64,000 nt of DNA, taken from NCBI GenBank assembly GCA_035570275.1, contig DATMNI010000373.1:38464-102463 (forward strand), in the 5' to 3' direction. Below, in pieces: positions 45,731-54,951 of the stretch (its first letter is position 1; the number at the start of each line of letters is the position of its first letter). Both the position numbers and the translations under genes were made by a program. The notes under the pieces are model-generated. The model had not been told where the DNA came from. It saw only the letters and a program-made list of their open reading frames with translations, and ran no database searches. This DNA is from Candidatus Acidiferrales bacterium. GTDB taxonomy: Bacteria > Acidobacteriota > Terriglobia > Bryobacterales > Bryobacteraceae.

Positions 45731-46830
45731 TACCGTTTGCCGATCTGAAGGCGCAGTACCACAGCATAAAGGCGGAGATCGACGCCGCGATCGCGGATGT
45801 TCTTGAGAACAGCGCATTTATCCTGGGCAAGCATGTTGCCCGATTTGAAGAAGAATTTGCGTCCTTCTGCGGTGCCGGGCACGCAATCGGCGTTAACAGC
45901 GGCACCAGCGCCCTTCATCTGGCATTGCTGGCCGCCGGTATCGGGCCGGGCGATGAGGTGATCACCGTCCCATTCACGTTTGTCGCCACCGTCGCCGCCA
46001 TTGGATACACCGGCGCCCGACCGGTCTTTGTCGATATCGATCCGGTGGCCTATACGATGAATCCGGCTGCCATTGAGGCTGCGATCACCAGCCGGACCAA
46101 GGCCATTATGCCCGTTCACCTGTATGGGCAGCCGGCGGATATGGACCCGATTCTGGAGATCGCCCGACGGCACCATCTCACGGTCATCGAAGATGCGGCG
46201 CAGGCCCACGGAGCAGAATACAAAGGCAGGCGGGTGGGCAGCATCGGGCATATCGGCTGCTTCAGCTTTTATCCGGGCAAGAACCTGGGAGCGTATGGCG
46301 AAGGCGGAGCCGTGGTTACCGATAATCCCGACTTCAACCGCACCATCCGGATGCTGCGCGATTGGGGATGCGAGAAGCGGTACGAGCACGTTATCAAGGG
46401 CTACAACTACCGCCTTGAGGGCATGCAGGGGGCCGTACTCTCGGTCAAGTTGAACCGCTTAGCGGAGTGGACTGCCCTTCGCCGCGCGCACGCATCCCAA
46501 TATTCCCGCCTGCTGGACGGCGCCGGCGTTTGCACGCCCGTCGAGATGGAGTACGCCCACCACGTCTATCATGTCTACGCGATCAGGTTAGTGGCGCGCA
46601 ACGCACTGCAGACGCATCTTCAATTGCGGCAGATTCAAACGGGCATTCACTATCCCACGCCGATTCACCTGCTCGAAGCATGGGCGGACCTTAACTACAA
46701 GCGTGGAGACTTCCCTGTCTCCGAACAGGTCGCGGGTGAGGTGCTCAGCCTTCCGATGTATGCGGAACTGACGCTCCAACAGATCGAAACGGTTGCGTCT
46801 GCGACTCGGGAGATCTCTCATGCGGACTAG
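45727..46830 (+). CDS. DegT/DnrJ/EryC1/StrS family PLP aminotransferase (WbpE-like)
   Basis: Canonical IPFADLKAQY start, GDEVITVPFTF, SFYPGKNLGA lysine motif. 4-nt overlap with the upstream gene. Confidence 0.9.
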   Translation: MIPFADLKAQYHSIKAEIDAAIADVLENSAFILGKHVARFEEEFASFCGAGHAIGVNSGTSALHLALLAAGIGPGDEVITVPFTFVATVAAIGYTGARPVFVDIDPVAYTMNPAAIEAAITSRTKAIMPVHLYGQPADMDPILEIARRHHLTVIEDAAQAHGAEYKGRRVGSIGHIGCFSFYPGKNLGAYGEGGAVVTDNPDFNRTIRMLRDWGCEKRYEHVIKGYNYRLEGMQGAVLSVKLNRLAEWTALRRAHASQYSRLLDGAGVCTPVEMEYAHHVYHVYAIRLVARNALQTHLQLRQIQTGIHYPTPIHLLEAWADLNYKRGDFPVSEQVAGEVLSLPMYAELTLQQIETVASATREISHAD

Positions 46831-47548
46831 GAACAAGCCGCCAACGCGTGTGGTGAAGGCAATGCACGGGCGAACCGAGGTTCTTCGAGACCCGGACCAT
46901 GAGGTCGCGCTTAGCGACGAACTCAAAACCCGGTATGGTCGCGAGGGCCTGATTGAGCTCTATTCCCGTTTCGCGGTCGGCGATGGTGCATTCGACACCA
47001 TGATGCGCCGCGTCATCTGGCGCGGAGTGGCGAGGCGCTTCGGTCATGGCGTGGTCGTCCGGACGGGCGTCGGATTCCAGCACCTGGAGACTTTCGAAAT
47101 TGGCGATGGAGTGTTTATCGGGGCCCAGGCATACCTGCAAGGCAGGCATGATGGACGTTTCCTGATAGGCAATAAGGTGTGGCTGGGGCCTCAGACTTAC
47201 TTCGATGCGCGTGACCTCGAAATCGGCGACTACGTCGGCTGGGGTCCGGGTGCCAAGGTGCTGGGATCGCAACACACAGGGATGCCAGTGGACGTGCCCA
47301 TCGTCCAAACCGACCTCGAGGTGGGTGCGGTCCGCGTCGGAGCATGGGCTGATATTGGCACCAATAGCACCCTGCTTCCCGGCGTGACCGTGGGCAACGG
47401 CAGCATTGTCGGGGCCGGGTCGGTGGTCACCCGGGATGTAGAGCCCTTTGCCATCGTAGCCGGTGTACCGGCCCGTTTCCTGCGCTGGCGGGAGGGCTTC
47501 GATCCCCAGGAGCAAAGGATCAGTGAACAAAATGGAACTGCAGGGTAA
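46820..47548 (+). CDS. Left-handed beta-helix (hexapeptide) acyltransferase, WbpD-like candidate
   Basis: Hexapeptide repeats (IGDGVFIG, IGDYVGWG, VGAWADIG, VGNGSIVGAGSVV). Start at 46820 overlaps the DegT stop. Confidence 0.75.
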   Translation: MRTRNKPPTRVVKAMHGRTEVLRDPDHEVALSDELKTRYGREGLIELYSRFAVGDGAFDTMMRRVIWRGVARRFGHGVVVRTGVGFQHLETFEIGDGVFIGAQAYLQGRHDGRFLIGNKVWLGPQTYFDARDLEIGDYVGWGPGAKVLGSQHTGMPVDVPIVQTDLEVGAVRVGAWADIGTNSTLLPGVTVGNGSIVGAGSVVTRDVEPFAIVAGVPARFLRWREGFDPQEQRISEQNGTAG

Positions 47549-48515
47549 GCGCGTTCTCATCACCGGCGGCGCGGGACTCATCGGCTCGCACATCGCCGAT
47601 CTGTTGGCCGTCCAGGGAGCCGCTGAGATTGTGGTGCTCGACAATTTTGTGCGGGGACGCCGCGAAAACCTGACGGCCGCCATGGCGCGCGGGCGTGTCA
47701 CCATCGTGGAGGGCGACATCCGCGACGTTAAACTCGTGGCGGAGGCCATGCAGGGCATCGACCTGGTATTTCATCAGGCTGCCATCCGCATTACGCAGTG
47801 CGCCGAAGAGCCGCGCCTCGCCCTCGAAGTGCTCGTCGACGGCACTTTCAACGTGCTCGAACAGGCGGTGGCCGCCAAGTTACAGAAGGTCGTTGCCGCA
47901 TCTTCCGCTTCCGTGTACGGTCTGGCCGGCGCCTTCCCGACTACGGAGGACCACCACCCGTATCACAACCGCACGCTGTATGGAGCAGCCAAGGTATTCA
48001 ACGAAGGGTTGCTGCGCAGCTTTCACGAAATGTACGGGCTGCCGTACGTCGCGCTGCGCTATTTCAACGTCTACGGCCCGCGCATGGATATCTTCGGCGC
48101 ATATACCGAAGTTCTGATTCGCTGGATGGAGCGCATTCACTCGGGGAAGCCGCCGCTGATTCTGGGAGACGGCAGTCAAACCATGGATTTCGTTCATGTG
48201 GAGGATATCGCCCGCGCCAATATCCTCGCGGCCGAGTCTTCGGCCAACGACGTCGCATTGAACATCGCGAGCGGGATCGAAATCAGCCTCAAGACCTTGG
48301 CTGACGCTCTGCTCCGCGTGATGGAGTCGGACTTGAGTGTGGAATACGGGCCGGAGCGCAAGGTCAATGCGGTCAACCGGCGTCTGGCCGACACCAGTCG
48401 CGCGGCTAAGACCATCGGTTTTCGCGCCGCCATCAGCCTGGAAGACGGTCTCCGCCGTTTGGTAAAGTGGTGGCGCGCCGAGCAGGAGATCGCAAAAGGC
48501 GTCGTCAATGCCTGA
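47532..48515 (+). CDS. Extended-SDR NAD-dependent epimerase/dehydratase
   Basis: VLITGGAGLIGSH glycine motif and YGAAK catalytic motif. Confidence 0.85.
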   Translation: MELQGKRVLITGGAGLIGSHIADLLAVQGAAEIVVLDNFVRGRRENLTAAMARGRVTIVEGDIRDVKLVAEAMQGIDLVFHQAAIRITQCAEEPRLALEVLVDGTFNVLEQAVAAKLQKVVAASSASVYGLAGAFPTTEDHHPYHNRTLYGAAKVFNEGLLRSFHEMYGLPYVALRYFNVYGPRMDIFGAYTEVLIRWMERIHSGKPPLILGDGSQTMDFVHVEDIARANILAAESSANDVALNIASGIEISLKTLADALLRVMESDLSVEYGPERKVNAVNRRLADTSRAAKTIGFRAAISLEDGLRRLVKWWRAEQEIAKGVVNA

Positions 48516-49713
48516 GGCCTTCATCCCCATCGCCCGGCCTCTGATGGGCGAACCCGAGGCAGATGCCGCCCGGCGGCCGATTCTCTCGGGATGGGTCACG
48601 CAGGGCCCCGAAGTGGCGGGGTTTGAACGTGAGTTCGCGGTCTGTGTAGGGGCTCCGTACGCTTGCGCGGTTTCCAATTGCACTACCGCGCTACATCTGG
48701 CGCTGCTGGTGGCCGGCGTCCGCCCCGGCGATGAAGTCATCACCGTCAGCCACTCCTATATCGCAACCGCGAACAGCATCCTTTACTGCGGGGCGATTCC
48801 GGTATTCGTCGATATCGCCCCGGGAACCTTCAACATCGATCCGCAACTGGCAGCCGCAGCTATCACGCCGCGCACCCGCGCAATCCTGTGCGTCCACCAG
48901 ATCGGCATGCCGTGCGACCTGGCCGCCCTTGTGCCCGTGGCGCGTGCGGCCGGACTAGCGCTGATCGAAGACGCGGCATGCGCTATCGGCAGCGAGATTC
49001 TTTGGAATGGAGAATGGGAGCGAATCGGCAAGCCGCACGGCGATGCCGCCTGCTTTTCCTTCCATCCGCGTAAGCTCATCAGCACGGGCGATGGAGGAAT
49101 GATCGTCACCGCCAATGCCGATTGGGACCGCCAGTATCGCCTTCTGCGGCAGCACGCGATGAGCGTTCCCGACACTGTTCGGCACGGCTCGCAGGCCGTG
49201 ATTTTCGAGAGCTATCCTACTTTGGGTTTCAACTACCGCATGACGGATATTCAGGCGGCGGTCGGCAGGGAACAACTGAAACGGCTTCCGGAGATCTTCG
49301 AGCGCCGCCGTCATCTGGCCGCGCATTACCGGCAACTTCTGGCTGGCGTGCCTTCGATTGCGCTGCCGCTGGAGCCGTCATGGGCGCGAAGCAACTGGCA
49401 AAGCTTTGCCGTGACGCTTCCGGCCGGCTGCGATCAACAGCGGGTCGCACAGTTCATGCTCGACCGGGGCATTGCCACGCGCCGCGGAATTATGTGCGCC
49501 CACCGCGAGCCCGCCTATCGCATCGAACCCTGGCGATGCGGTTCCGCGCCGTCGTCCTGCAACCGTCCGGACAAATCCTGCGTGCACTTAAAGCGCAGCG
49601 AAGAGGCGCAGGACCGCTCCCTGCTGCTTCCCCTCTTCCACCAACTGACCGGGGAGGAGCAGGACCGGGTGGTGCAGACCCTCCGGGACGCGTTGGCCGG
49701 TGCGTTCGAATGA
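48508..49713 (+). CDS. Second DegT/DnrJ/EryC1/StrS family aminotransferase
   Basis: GDEVITVSHSY, SFHPRKLIS lysine motif and family-typical C-terminal extension. Confidence 0.85.
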   Translation: MPEAFIPIARPLMGEPEADAARRPILSGWVTQGPEVAGFEREFAVCVGAPYACAVSNCTTALHLALLVAGVRPGDEVITVSHSYIATANSILYCGAIPVFVDIAPGTFNIDPQLAAAAITPRTRAILCVHQIGMPCDLAALVPVARAAGLALIEDAACAIGSEILWNGEWERIGKPHGDAACFSFHPRKLISTGDGGMIVTANADWDRQYRLLRQHAMSVPDTVRHGSQAVIFESYPTLGFNYRMTDIQAAVGREQLKRLPEIFERRRHLAAHYRQLLAGVPSIALPLEPSWARSNWQSFAVTLPAGCDQQRVAQFMLDRGIATRRGIMCAHREPAYRIEPWRCGSAPSSCNRPDKSCVHLKRSEEAQDRSLLLPLFHQLTGEEQDRVVQTLRDALAGAFE

Positions 49714-50702
49714 GCCAGGCCGGCGACGTCGCTGAGAACCGCGGCTTGGCGCCCGTCCTGTCGGTGGTGACTCCGGCGTTTAATGAGGCGTCCAATCTGC
49801 CGCTGCTCTATCGCCGGATCGGCGAGGTGCTCAACCCTACAGGCGTGAGTTGGGAATGGCTGATCGTAGACGATCATTCGCACGATGCAACCTTCGAGGT
49901 GGTGCGCTCGATCGCGGCCGCGGACCCTCGCGTGCGCGGCATCCGCCTTGCCCGCAATTCCGGCTCGCACGTGGCGCTCTCGTGCGGATTGAGCCAGTGC
50001 AGGGGCCGGTGCGCGGCATTCCTCGCGGCGGACATGCAGGATCCGCCAGAGACCATGATCGCGCTCTTGGAGAAATGGCGGGCCGGCTCCCAGGTGGTCT
50101 GGGCCGTCCGCGCGCAGAGGGAGGGCGAAAAAGCCAGCACGCTGCTCTTCGCGCGTTTCTATTACTGGATCATGCGCCGTGTGGTCGGCCTGCAGGACAT
50201 GCCGGCCAAAGGCGCCGACTTTTTCCTGCTGGATCGCAGGGTCATGGATGCATTCCGCCAGTTTCCGGAATCGAACCTGAGCATGGTCGCGCTCATTACC
50301 TGGATGGGATTTCGACAGGACCGGATTGAATATGTCAAACAGGCCCGCCTGCATGGCGCATCCGGCTGGAGCTTTGAAAAACGTCTCAAACTGGTGATCG
50401 ATTCCGTCACCTCGTTCACCTATTTGCCGATCCGCCTGATGTCCTATTCCGGGTTCCTCATTGCGCTCTGCGGCTTTCTTTATGCGGCATTTCTGATCCT
50501 GCATGCGTTCGCCGGTCATCCGGCGGAAGGCTGGACCTCGCTCATGGTCGTGGTGCTGGTGATCGGCGGCTTTCAGATGCTGCTGTTGGGTGTACTCGGC
50601 GAGTATATCTGGCGGGCGCTGGATGAAGCACGGCGCAGGCCCCGTTACCTGGTCGAAGACGCCACCGCACCGCTCTGGCCTGAGTCGCGTGATGACGAAT
50701 GA
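49710..50702 (+). CDS. GT2 polyprenyl-phosphate glycosyltransferase (GtrB/ArnC/DPM1-like) with two C-terminal TM helices
   Basis: ATG at 49710 overlaps the upstream stop (aATGA). Motifs LSVVTPAFNE, LIVDDHSHD, AADMQDPPE. C-terminal TM pair. Confidence 0.85.
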   Translation: MSQAGDVAENRGLAPVLSVVTPAFNEASNLPLLYRRIGEVLNPTGVSWEWLIVDDHSHDATFEVVRSIAAADPRVRGIRLARNSGSHVALSCGLSQCRGRCAAFLAADMQDPPETMIALLEKWRAGSQVVWAVRAQREGEKASTLLFARFYYWIMRRVVGLQDMPAKGADFFLLDRRVMDAFRQFPESNLSMVALITWMGFRQDRIEYVKQARLHGASGWSFEKRLKLVIDSVTSFTYLPIRLMSYSGFLIALCGFLYAAFLILHAFAGHPAEGWTSLMVVVLVIGGFQMLLLGVLGEYIWRALDEARRRPRYLVEDATAPLWPESRDDE

Positions 50703-53079
50703 GGGGCCCCTGGGGCAGGAATCGACGCGCCAGGTCCAGCTTGTTACCATCGTCATCCCCTGCTTCAATCCGACTTCGTTTCTCTTCGAGGCGATCGCCT
50801 CGGCTCGCGCGCAGAGTCACCCTAAAATCGAGATCGTCATCGTCAACGATGGATCGGACCGGCCGGAATCCCTGAACATCCTGGAGCGTGCCGCCCGCCT
50901 CGCGGACCTCTACCGCGAGCAACCGAATCTCGGCTTGCCGGCCGCGCGCAACACCGGTTTCCGAGCCGCCCGAGGCGCCTGCGTGATCCCGCTGGATGCC
51001 GACGACGTTCTCGAACTGGAGTATGCCGCCACATGCCTTGCCGCGCTGAGCGCTCATCCGGAAGCCGCGTTCGCTTACACCGCTTATTCCGTCTTCGGAG
51101 ACGCTAACTACTCCGAGCCATGCAGCGAATACAATCTCTATCGACTGCTGGACCGGAATTGTTTTGGCTACGCTGGCATGATCCGCAGATCCGTCTGGGA
51201 ACGGTCAGGCGGCTATGACGAGACCATGCGTTTCGGTTACGAGGATTGGGAATTCTGGCTGCGATTGGCCGCGCAGGGCAGCTTCGGCCTGCACCTGCCA
51301 AGACCTCTGTTCCGTTACCGTAAACACGGGCCATCGCTTTACGATGTGGCACTCAGCCATCACGACGAAATCGTCTCTTATATCCGGGGCAGGCACGCGG
51401 AGTTCTACTCGCTGGAGGGGCGCGCCCGAATCAAGGCGAGATGGTCCCCCGCCGTGTGTGTCGTCGTATCGCCGGCGCCGGACGGACAGACCATTCTCGA
51501 CATCGAGATTGCGCCGCCCGGAACCGTGGAGCAGGCAGCGGAGCAGTCACGCGCGCCTGCAATTTTATTGTGCAAAGGCTCGCGGCTCGACGCTCACAGC
51601 GCGGAGCTCGCGGCGTTATCGGTTTGGGCCGGCCACTCCCGCCTGCAACTGCCGGACGGCTCGATCGCCATGTCTCGCGCCGCCGCGTTGGGCCATGGCG
51701 ATAGCCCGCGTGAGAACGCCGGCCGATGGCAGTGTGGCGCCCTGCCGCCTGTTGGCACCTGGCGAGACATCATAGTCCATCGGCACCTTGTGAATGCGGG
51801 CCTCCTCGCTTGGGACCCTTGGCTGCGTCATCCGGTGCAATCGCTGTTTCGCCTGATCCCGTTTCGCGTCAAAGAACGAATCAATCATGCCGCCGGGCGA
51901 CCCGTGTTCGACCTCTCTTTTTACCAGCAATTCCGGCCGAACGCCTTGTTGTTCGGCGGTGTCTTTCAGGAGCCCCTCGAGTATTCTACAAAGCCGAAGA
52001 CGGCTCTGGCCCGCATTGCCCTCATCACGCCGCACCTCGGCTCAGGCGGCGCCGAGAGCGTCCTGTTGGACATTGCTTCCGCGTTGCGCGATGCAGGCTT
52101 CGAACTTCTGCTGCTGGCGACCCAGTCGAATGACGATCGGTGGCAATCCCGCTGGCGGCAGCAGGTAGAGCACGTGTACGATCTAGCCGCTATCGTGCCC
52201 GAGGAACTTATGCCCGCAGCGGTTTTTTCCGTGGTCCGCAACTGGCGATGCGACCACGTGCTGCTGCAAAACAGTCTCGCCGGATACGCCGCCTTGACCC
52301 ACATCAGACGAGAGTTGCCGTCAGTCCGGCTAATCGACATCCTCCACGCCGTTGAGAGCCGCTGGAACCAAATCGCGACCGTCGAGCAAGTGCCTCCTGA
52401 GATCGACTCGCGTGTCGCAATGAACCAAGGCGTCCGCGACCGCTTGCTTGCCAATCGGCAACCTCCGAACAAGATCGTCTTGCTGCGCGCAGGAATTGAT
52501 CTCGATCGCTTCCTCCCTGCGCCGGAGCGCTCGCAGGATTCGCCGCGCCGAATTCTCTTCGCAGGCAGGCTGGACCCGGTCAAGCGCCCGCTCCTCCTGG
52601 TGGACATCGCGACCCGATTGTCCGTTCTGCGCCCCGGTTCCGATTTCCGGATCGTCGTCGCCGGCGACGGCAGGGAAGTGGGGCCGCTTCGACGGCGCGT
52701 TCACGATGCCCGCTTAGAGCAGGTCTTCGAATTCCGCGGCTACGTCGAAGATATGGCCCCTCTGTACGCGGACTGCGATGTGTGCGTGGTTCCCTCGCAA
52801 GCTGAGGAGATTCCGCGCGCAGTCTTGGAAGCGATGGCGAGTGCGCGCGCGGTGGTGGCGTCGAAAGCGGGTGCCATCCACGAAGTTCTCGATGATGATT
52901 GTGGTTTCTTGATTCCGCCGGAGGGCGATGAGCTCGGTGCATTCGCGGCGGCTCTCGCCAGGCTGTTCGATGAACCGGAACTGCGCCAAAGAATGGGTCA
53001 CGCCGGCCGCCGCAAGGCCGAAGCCCAATTCGATCTGCGGAATGCCCGGCAGGCATACCTTCAACTGGTCGAACCTTGA
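50692..53079 (+). CDS. Bifunctional glycosyltransferase: N-terminal GT2 plus C-terminal GT4 (GT-B) domain
   Basis: N-terminus has VTIVIPCFN, VNDGSD, LDADD. C-terminus has RILFAGRLDPVKR and EEIPRAVLEAMA (EX7E-like). Confidence 0.8.
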   Translation: MTNEGPLGQESTRQVQLVTIVIPCFNPTSFLFEAIASARAQSHPKIEIVIVNDGSDRPESLNILERAARLADLYREQPNLGLPAARNTGFRAARGACVIPLDADDVLELEYAATCLAALSAHPEAAFAYTAYSVFGDANYSEPCSEYNLYRLLDRNCFGYAGMIRRSVWERSGGYDETMRFGYEDWEFWLRLAAQGSFGLHLPRPLFRYRKHGPSLYDVALSHHDEIVSYIRGRHAEFYSLEGRARIKARWSPAVCVVVSPAPDGQTILDIEIAPPGTVEQAAEQSRAPAILLCKGSRLDAHSAELAALSVWAGHSRLQLPDGSIAMSRAAALGHGDSPRENAGRWQCGALPPVGTWRDIIVHRHLVNAGLLAWDPWLRHPVQSLFRLIPFRVKERINHAAGRPVFDLSFYQQFRPNALLFGGVFQEPLEYSTKPKTALARIALITPHLGSGGAESVLLDIASALRDAGFELLLLATQSNDDRWQSRWRQQVEHVYDLAAIVPEELMPAAVFSVVRNWRCDHVLLQNSLAGYAALTHIRRELPSVRLIDILHAVESRWNQIATVEQVPPEIDSRVAMNQGVRDRLLANRQPPNKIVLLRAGIDLDRFLPAPERSQDSPRRILFAGRLDPVKRPLLLVDIATRLSVLRPGSDFRIVVAGDGREVGPLRRRVHDARLEQVFEFRGYVEDMAPLYADCDVCVVPSQAEEIPRAVLEAMASARAVVASKAGAIHEVLDDDCGFLIPPEGDELGAFAAALARLFDEPELRQRMGHAGRRKAEAQFDLRNARQAYLQLVEP

Positions 53080-53156
53080 ATTGCTTCGAACAAGAGTAGA
53101 GCGTCGACGGTAGGATACGATGGTTTGGTTGCCGCTGGCGGCAATGGCCAATCGCA

Positions 53157-53471
53157 TGGCAGACGATCCGATGACGCGAGTCCGGGAGGCGCTGAAACCG
53201 GGCCCAAGTCGGGGGAGGGCAGGCGCCCGAGGGCATTGCGCCCCTGATGGCGGAGGCCATCGCGGAGATCGTAGCCGGTCTGGACAGGCTTGCGGAAGTG
53301 GAGCGTAATCTGGCAATCCAGCAGGCCCTTCTGGACGAGCGCCTGCTGTGCGTGGAACGCAACCGGGTGTTCACCGCATTCAACCGGATCGAAGCGTTGG
53401 CGATGCCTAGGTGGTCCCGGGTTGTCAAATACTGCACTCGGGAAGAATCAACTAGGTCTCTGACTGCCTAA
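53157..53471 (+). pseudogene. Frameshifted, truncated paralog of the N-terminal coiled-coil region of the 56714..58669 glycosyltransferase
   Basis: About 235 nt align by eye with 56726..56960 (ATGGCAGACGAT...GGCCTGGACAGGCTTGCGGAAG.GGA.CG.AATCTG...). One extra nt (ctgaaaCCggg versus ctgaaaCggg) shifts the frame. Homology ends before any GT domain, at the IS630 remnant. Confidence 0.6.
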
Positions 53472-53505
53472 AAAGATTCGCAAACCATTTTTATGCAGAA
53501 ATGTT

Positions 53506-53949
53506 TTGGCGCATACTCAAGGTATGGGCCGTCCACCCCTGAACGATGCGCACAAGCAGCGCATTATCGCAATGGTTTGCAGTGATCCGCCAGAGGGCCG
53601 CGCTCACTGGACCGTTCGGCTCGTAGCCGAAGAAGCAGTCAAGCGGCGATTGGTTCCACGAGTACGAAGGGAAACCATCCATATATGGCTCCTCCACCAC
53701 GACCTCAAGCCGTGGCGGGAAAAAATGTGATGCGTGGCCGACCTCACTGAAGAATACATCGCCAAGATGGAGGACGTGCTGGAGACGTATGAACAGCTAT
53801 ACAATCCGGCACAGCCAGTGGTTTGCTTGGACGAGAAACCGATCACGCTCCACGCCGATGTCCGTCCGCCCTCGCCAGCAAAGCCGGGGCGGGAAGCAGG
53901 ACGCGATAACGAATACGAACGCCGCGGCACCGCCAATGTCTTCTGCGCC
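53506..53949 (+). mobile_element. IS630-family transposase remnant (N-terminal roughly 148 codons only, with an in-frame TGA)
   Basis: HTH part GRPPL..., then LKPWREKM*CVADLTEEYIAKMEDVLETYEQLYNPAQPVVCLDEKP...DNEYERRGTANVF. The TGA at 53728..53730 sits where the family has the conserved Trp of K.WC. The DDE core after about 53950 is missing. Confidence 0.7.
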
Positions 53950-54180
53950 GCGCAGGAACTTGCGCGGAGGATCGGCGAGGAAGAAGGGAGTTCTCGCAAT
54001 GCCATAGTTCCGCCTTTGGTCGGTCTACAAGCGGAACATAGCAGAATAGACAATGCGTCGTCTAGCGGACACAGGTACGGAGACCGCAGTATTTACAGGC
54101 CTTAGATGATCCGCCAACGCCGCATCGGGAATCGGGGCGCCATAGGCATATTGCTTGAGTGGCGCCTCAACTTGTTTAAG

Positions 54181-54948
54181 TCAATTTTGCGTGGATCCAT
54201 AAGTAGCGGCTGCCGGGGTCGAAGTTCCCGAAGCTTCCGAGTAAGCCTGAATGACCTGGCGTATCGGTCCGGTCCGCGCTACGCGGCCGTGGTCCAGCCA
54301 CAAGGCGCGATCACAGAGGATCTCCAGGGACTGGAGCCCGTGGGACACGCAAAGCAGCGTCTTGCCGGCGCGCCGGAACTCCATAATCTTCTCGAAGCAC
54401 TTGGCGAAAAACTGCTGGTCTCCGACTCCGAGAACCTCGTCGATGATCAGGATGTCGGGATCCACATTGACGGCAACGGAGAAGGCAAGCCGCATGCGCA
54501 TGCCCGAGGAATAGGTGCGCAACGGCTCATCGATGAAGTCGCCAATGCTCGAGAACTCCACGATGCTGTCGAACCGCTGGTTCACCTGTTGCCGCGTAAG
54601 CCCGAGTAGCGCGGCGTTGATCCGCACGTTTTCGGTGCCCGTCAGGTCTCCATGAAACCCCGCACCCAGTTCGAGGAGCGCAGCCACGCGGCCGGTGATC
54701 CGTACCGTGCCTTCGCTCGGCGAACAGAGTTGGGTCGCGATATTCAACAGCGTGCTCTTGCCTGCGCCGTTCTGGCCGACAATCGCCAGGCTCTCGCCGT
54801 GCCCGACCGTGAACGAGACATCCCGCAGAGCGAAGAAACGCTCGCGAGGCTCGGGCCTCAGCAGGTGCCGGAGACGATCGCGGATCAGCATCTGGCCGCC
54901 GTGCCGGTAGAAATATTTCGAAACGCCCTGGAAGGCTACGACTGACAT
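54181..54948 (-). CDS. wzt: ABC transporter ATP-binding protein, Wzt/TagH-type polysaccharide export (short form, no C-terminal carbohydrate-binding domain)
   Basis: Walker A GQNGAGKST, signature YSSGMRMRL, Walker B ILIIDE. 255 aa. Confidence 0.85.
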   Translation of the reverse strand: MSVVAFQGVSKYFYRHGGQMLIRDRLRHLLRPEPRERFFALRDVSFTVGHGESLAIVGQNGAGKSTLLNIATQLCSPSEGTVRITGRVAALLELGAGFHGDLTGTENVRINAALLGLTRQQVNQRFDSIVEFSSIGDFIDEPLRTYSSGMRMRLAFSVAVNVDPDILIIDEVLGVGDQQFFAKCFEKIMEFRRAGKTLLCVSHGLQSLEILCDRALWLDHGRVARTGPIRQVIQAYSEASGTSTPAAATYGSTQN

Positions 54949-54951
54949 ATT

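Noticed and set aside
53604-54609. ORFs 53604..54053 (minus) and 54106..54609 (plus).
   Set aside because: The first is antisense to the IS630 transposase fragment. The second is antisense to wzt. Neither has supporting motifs.
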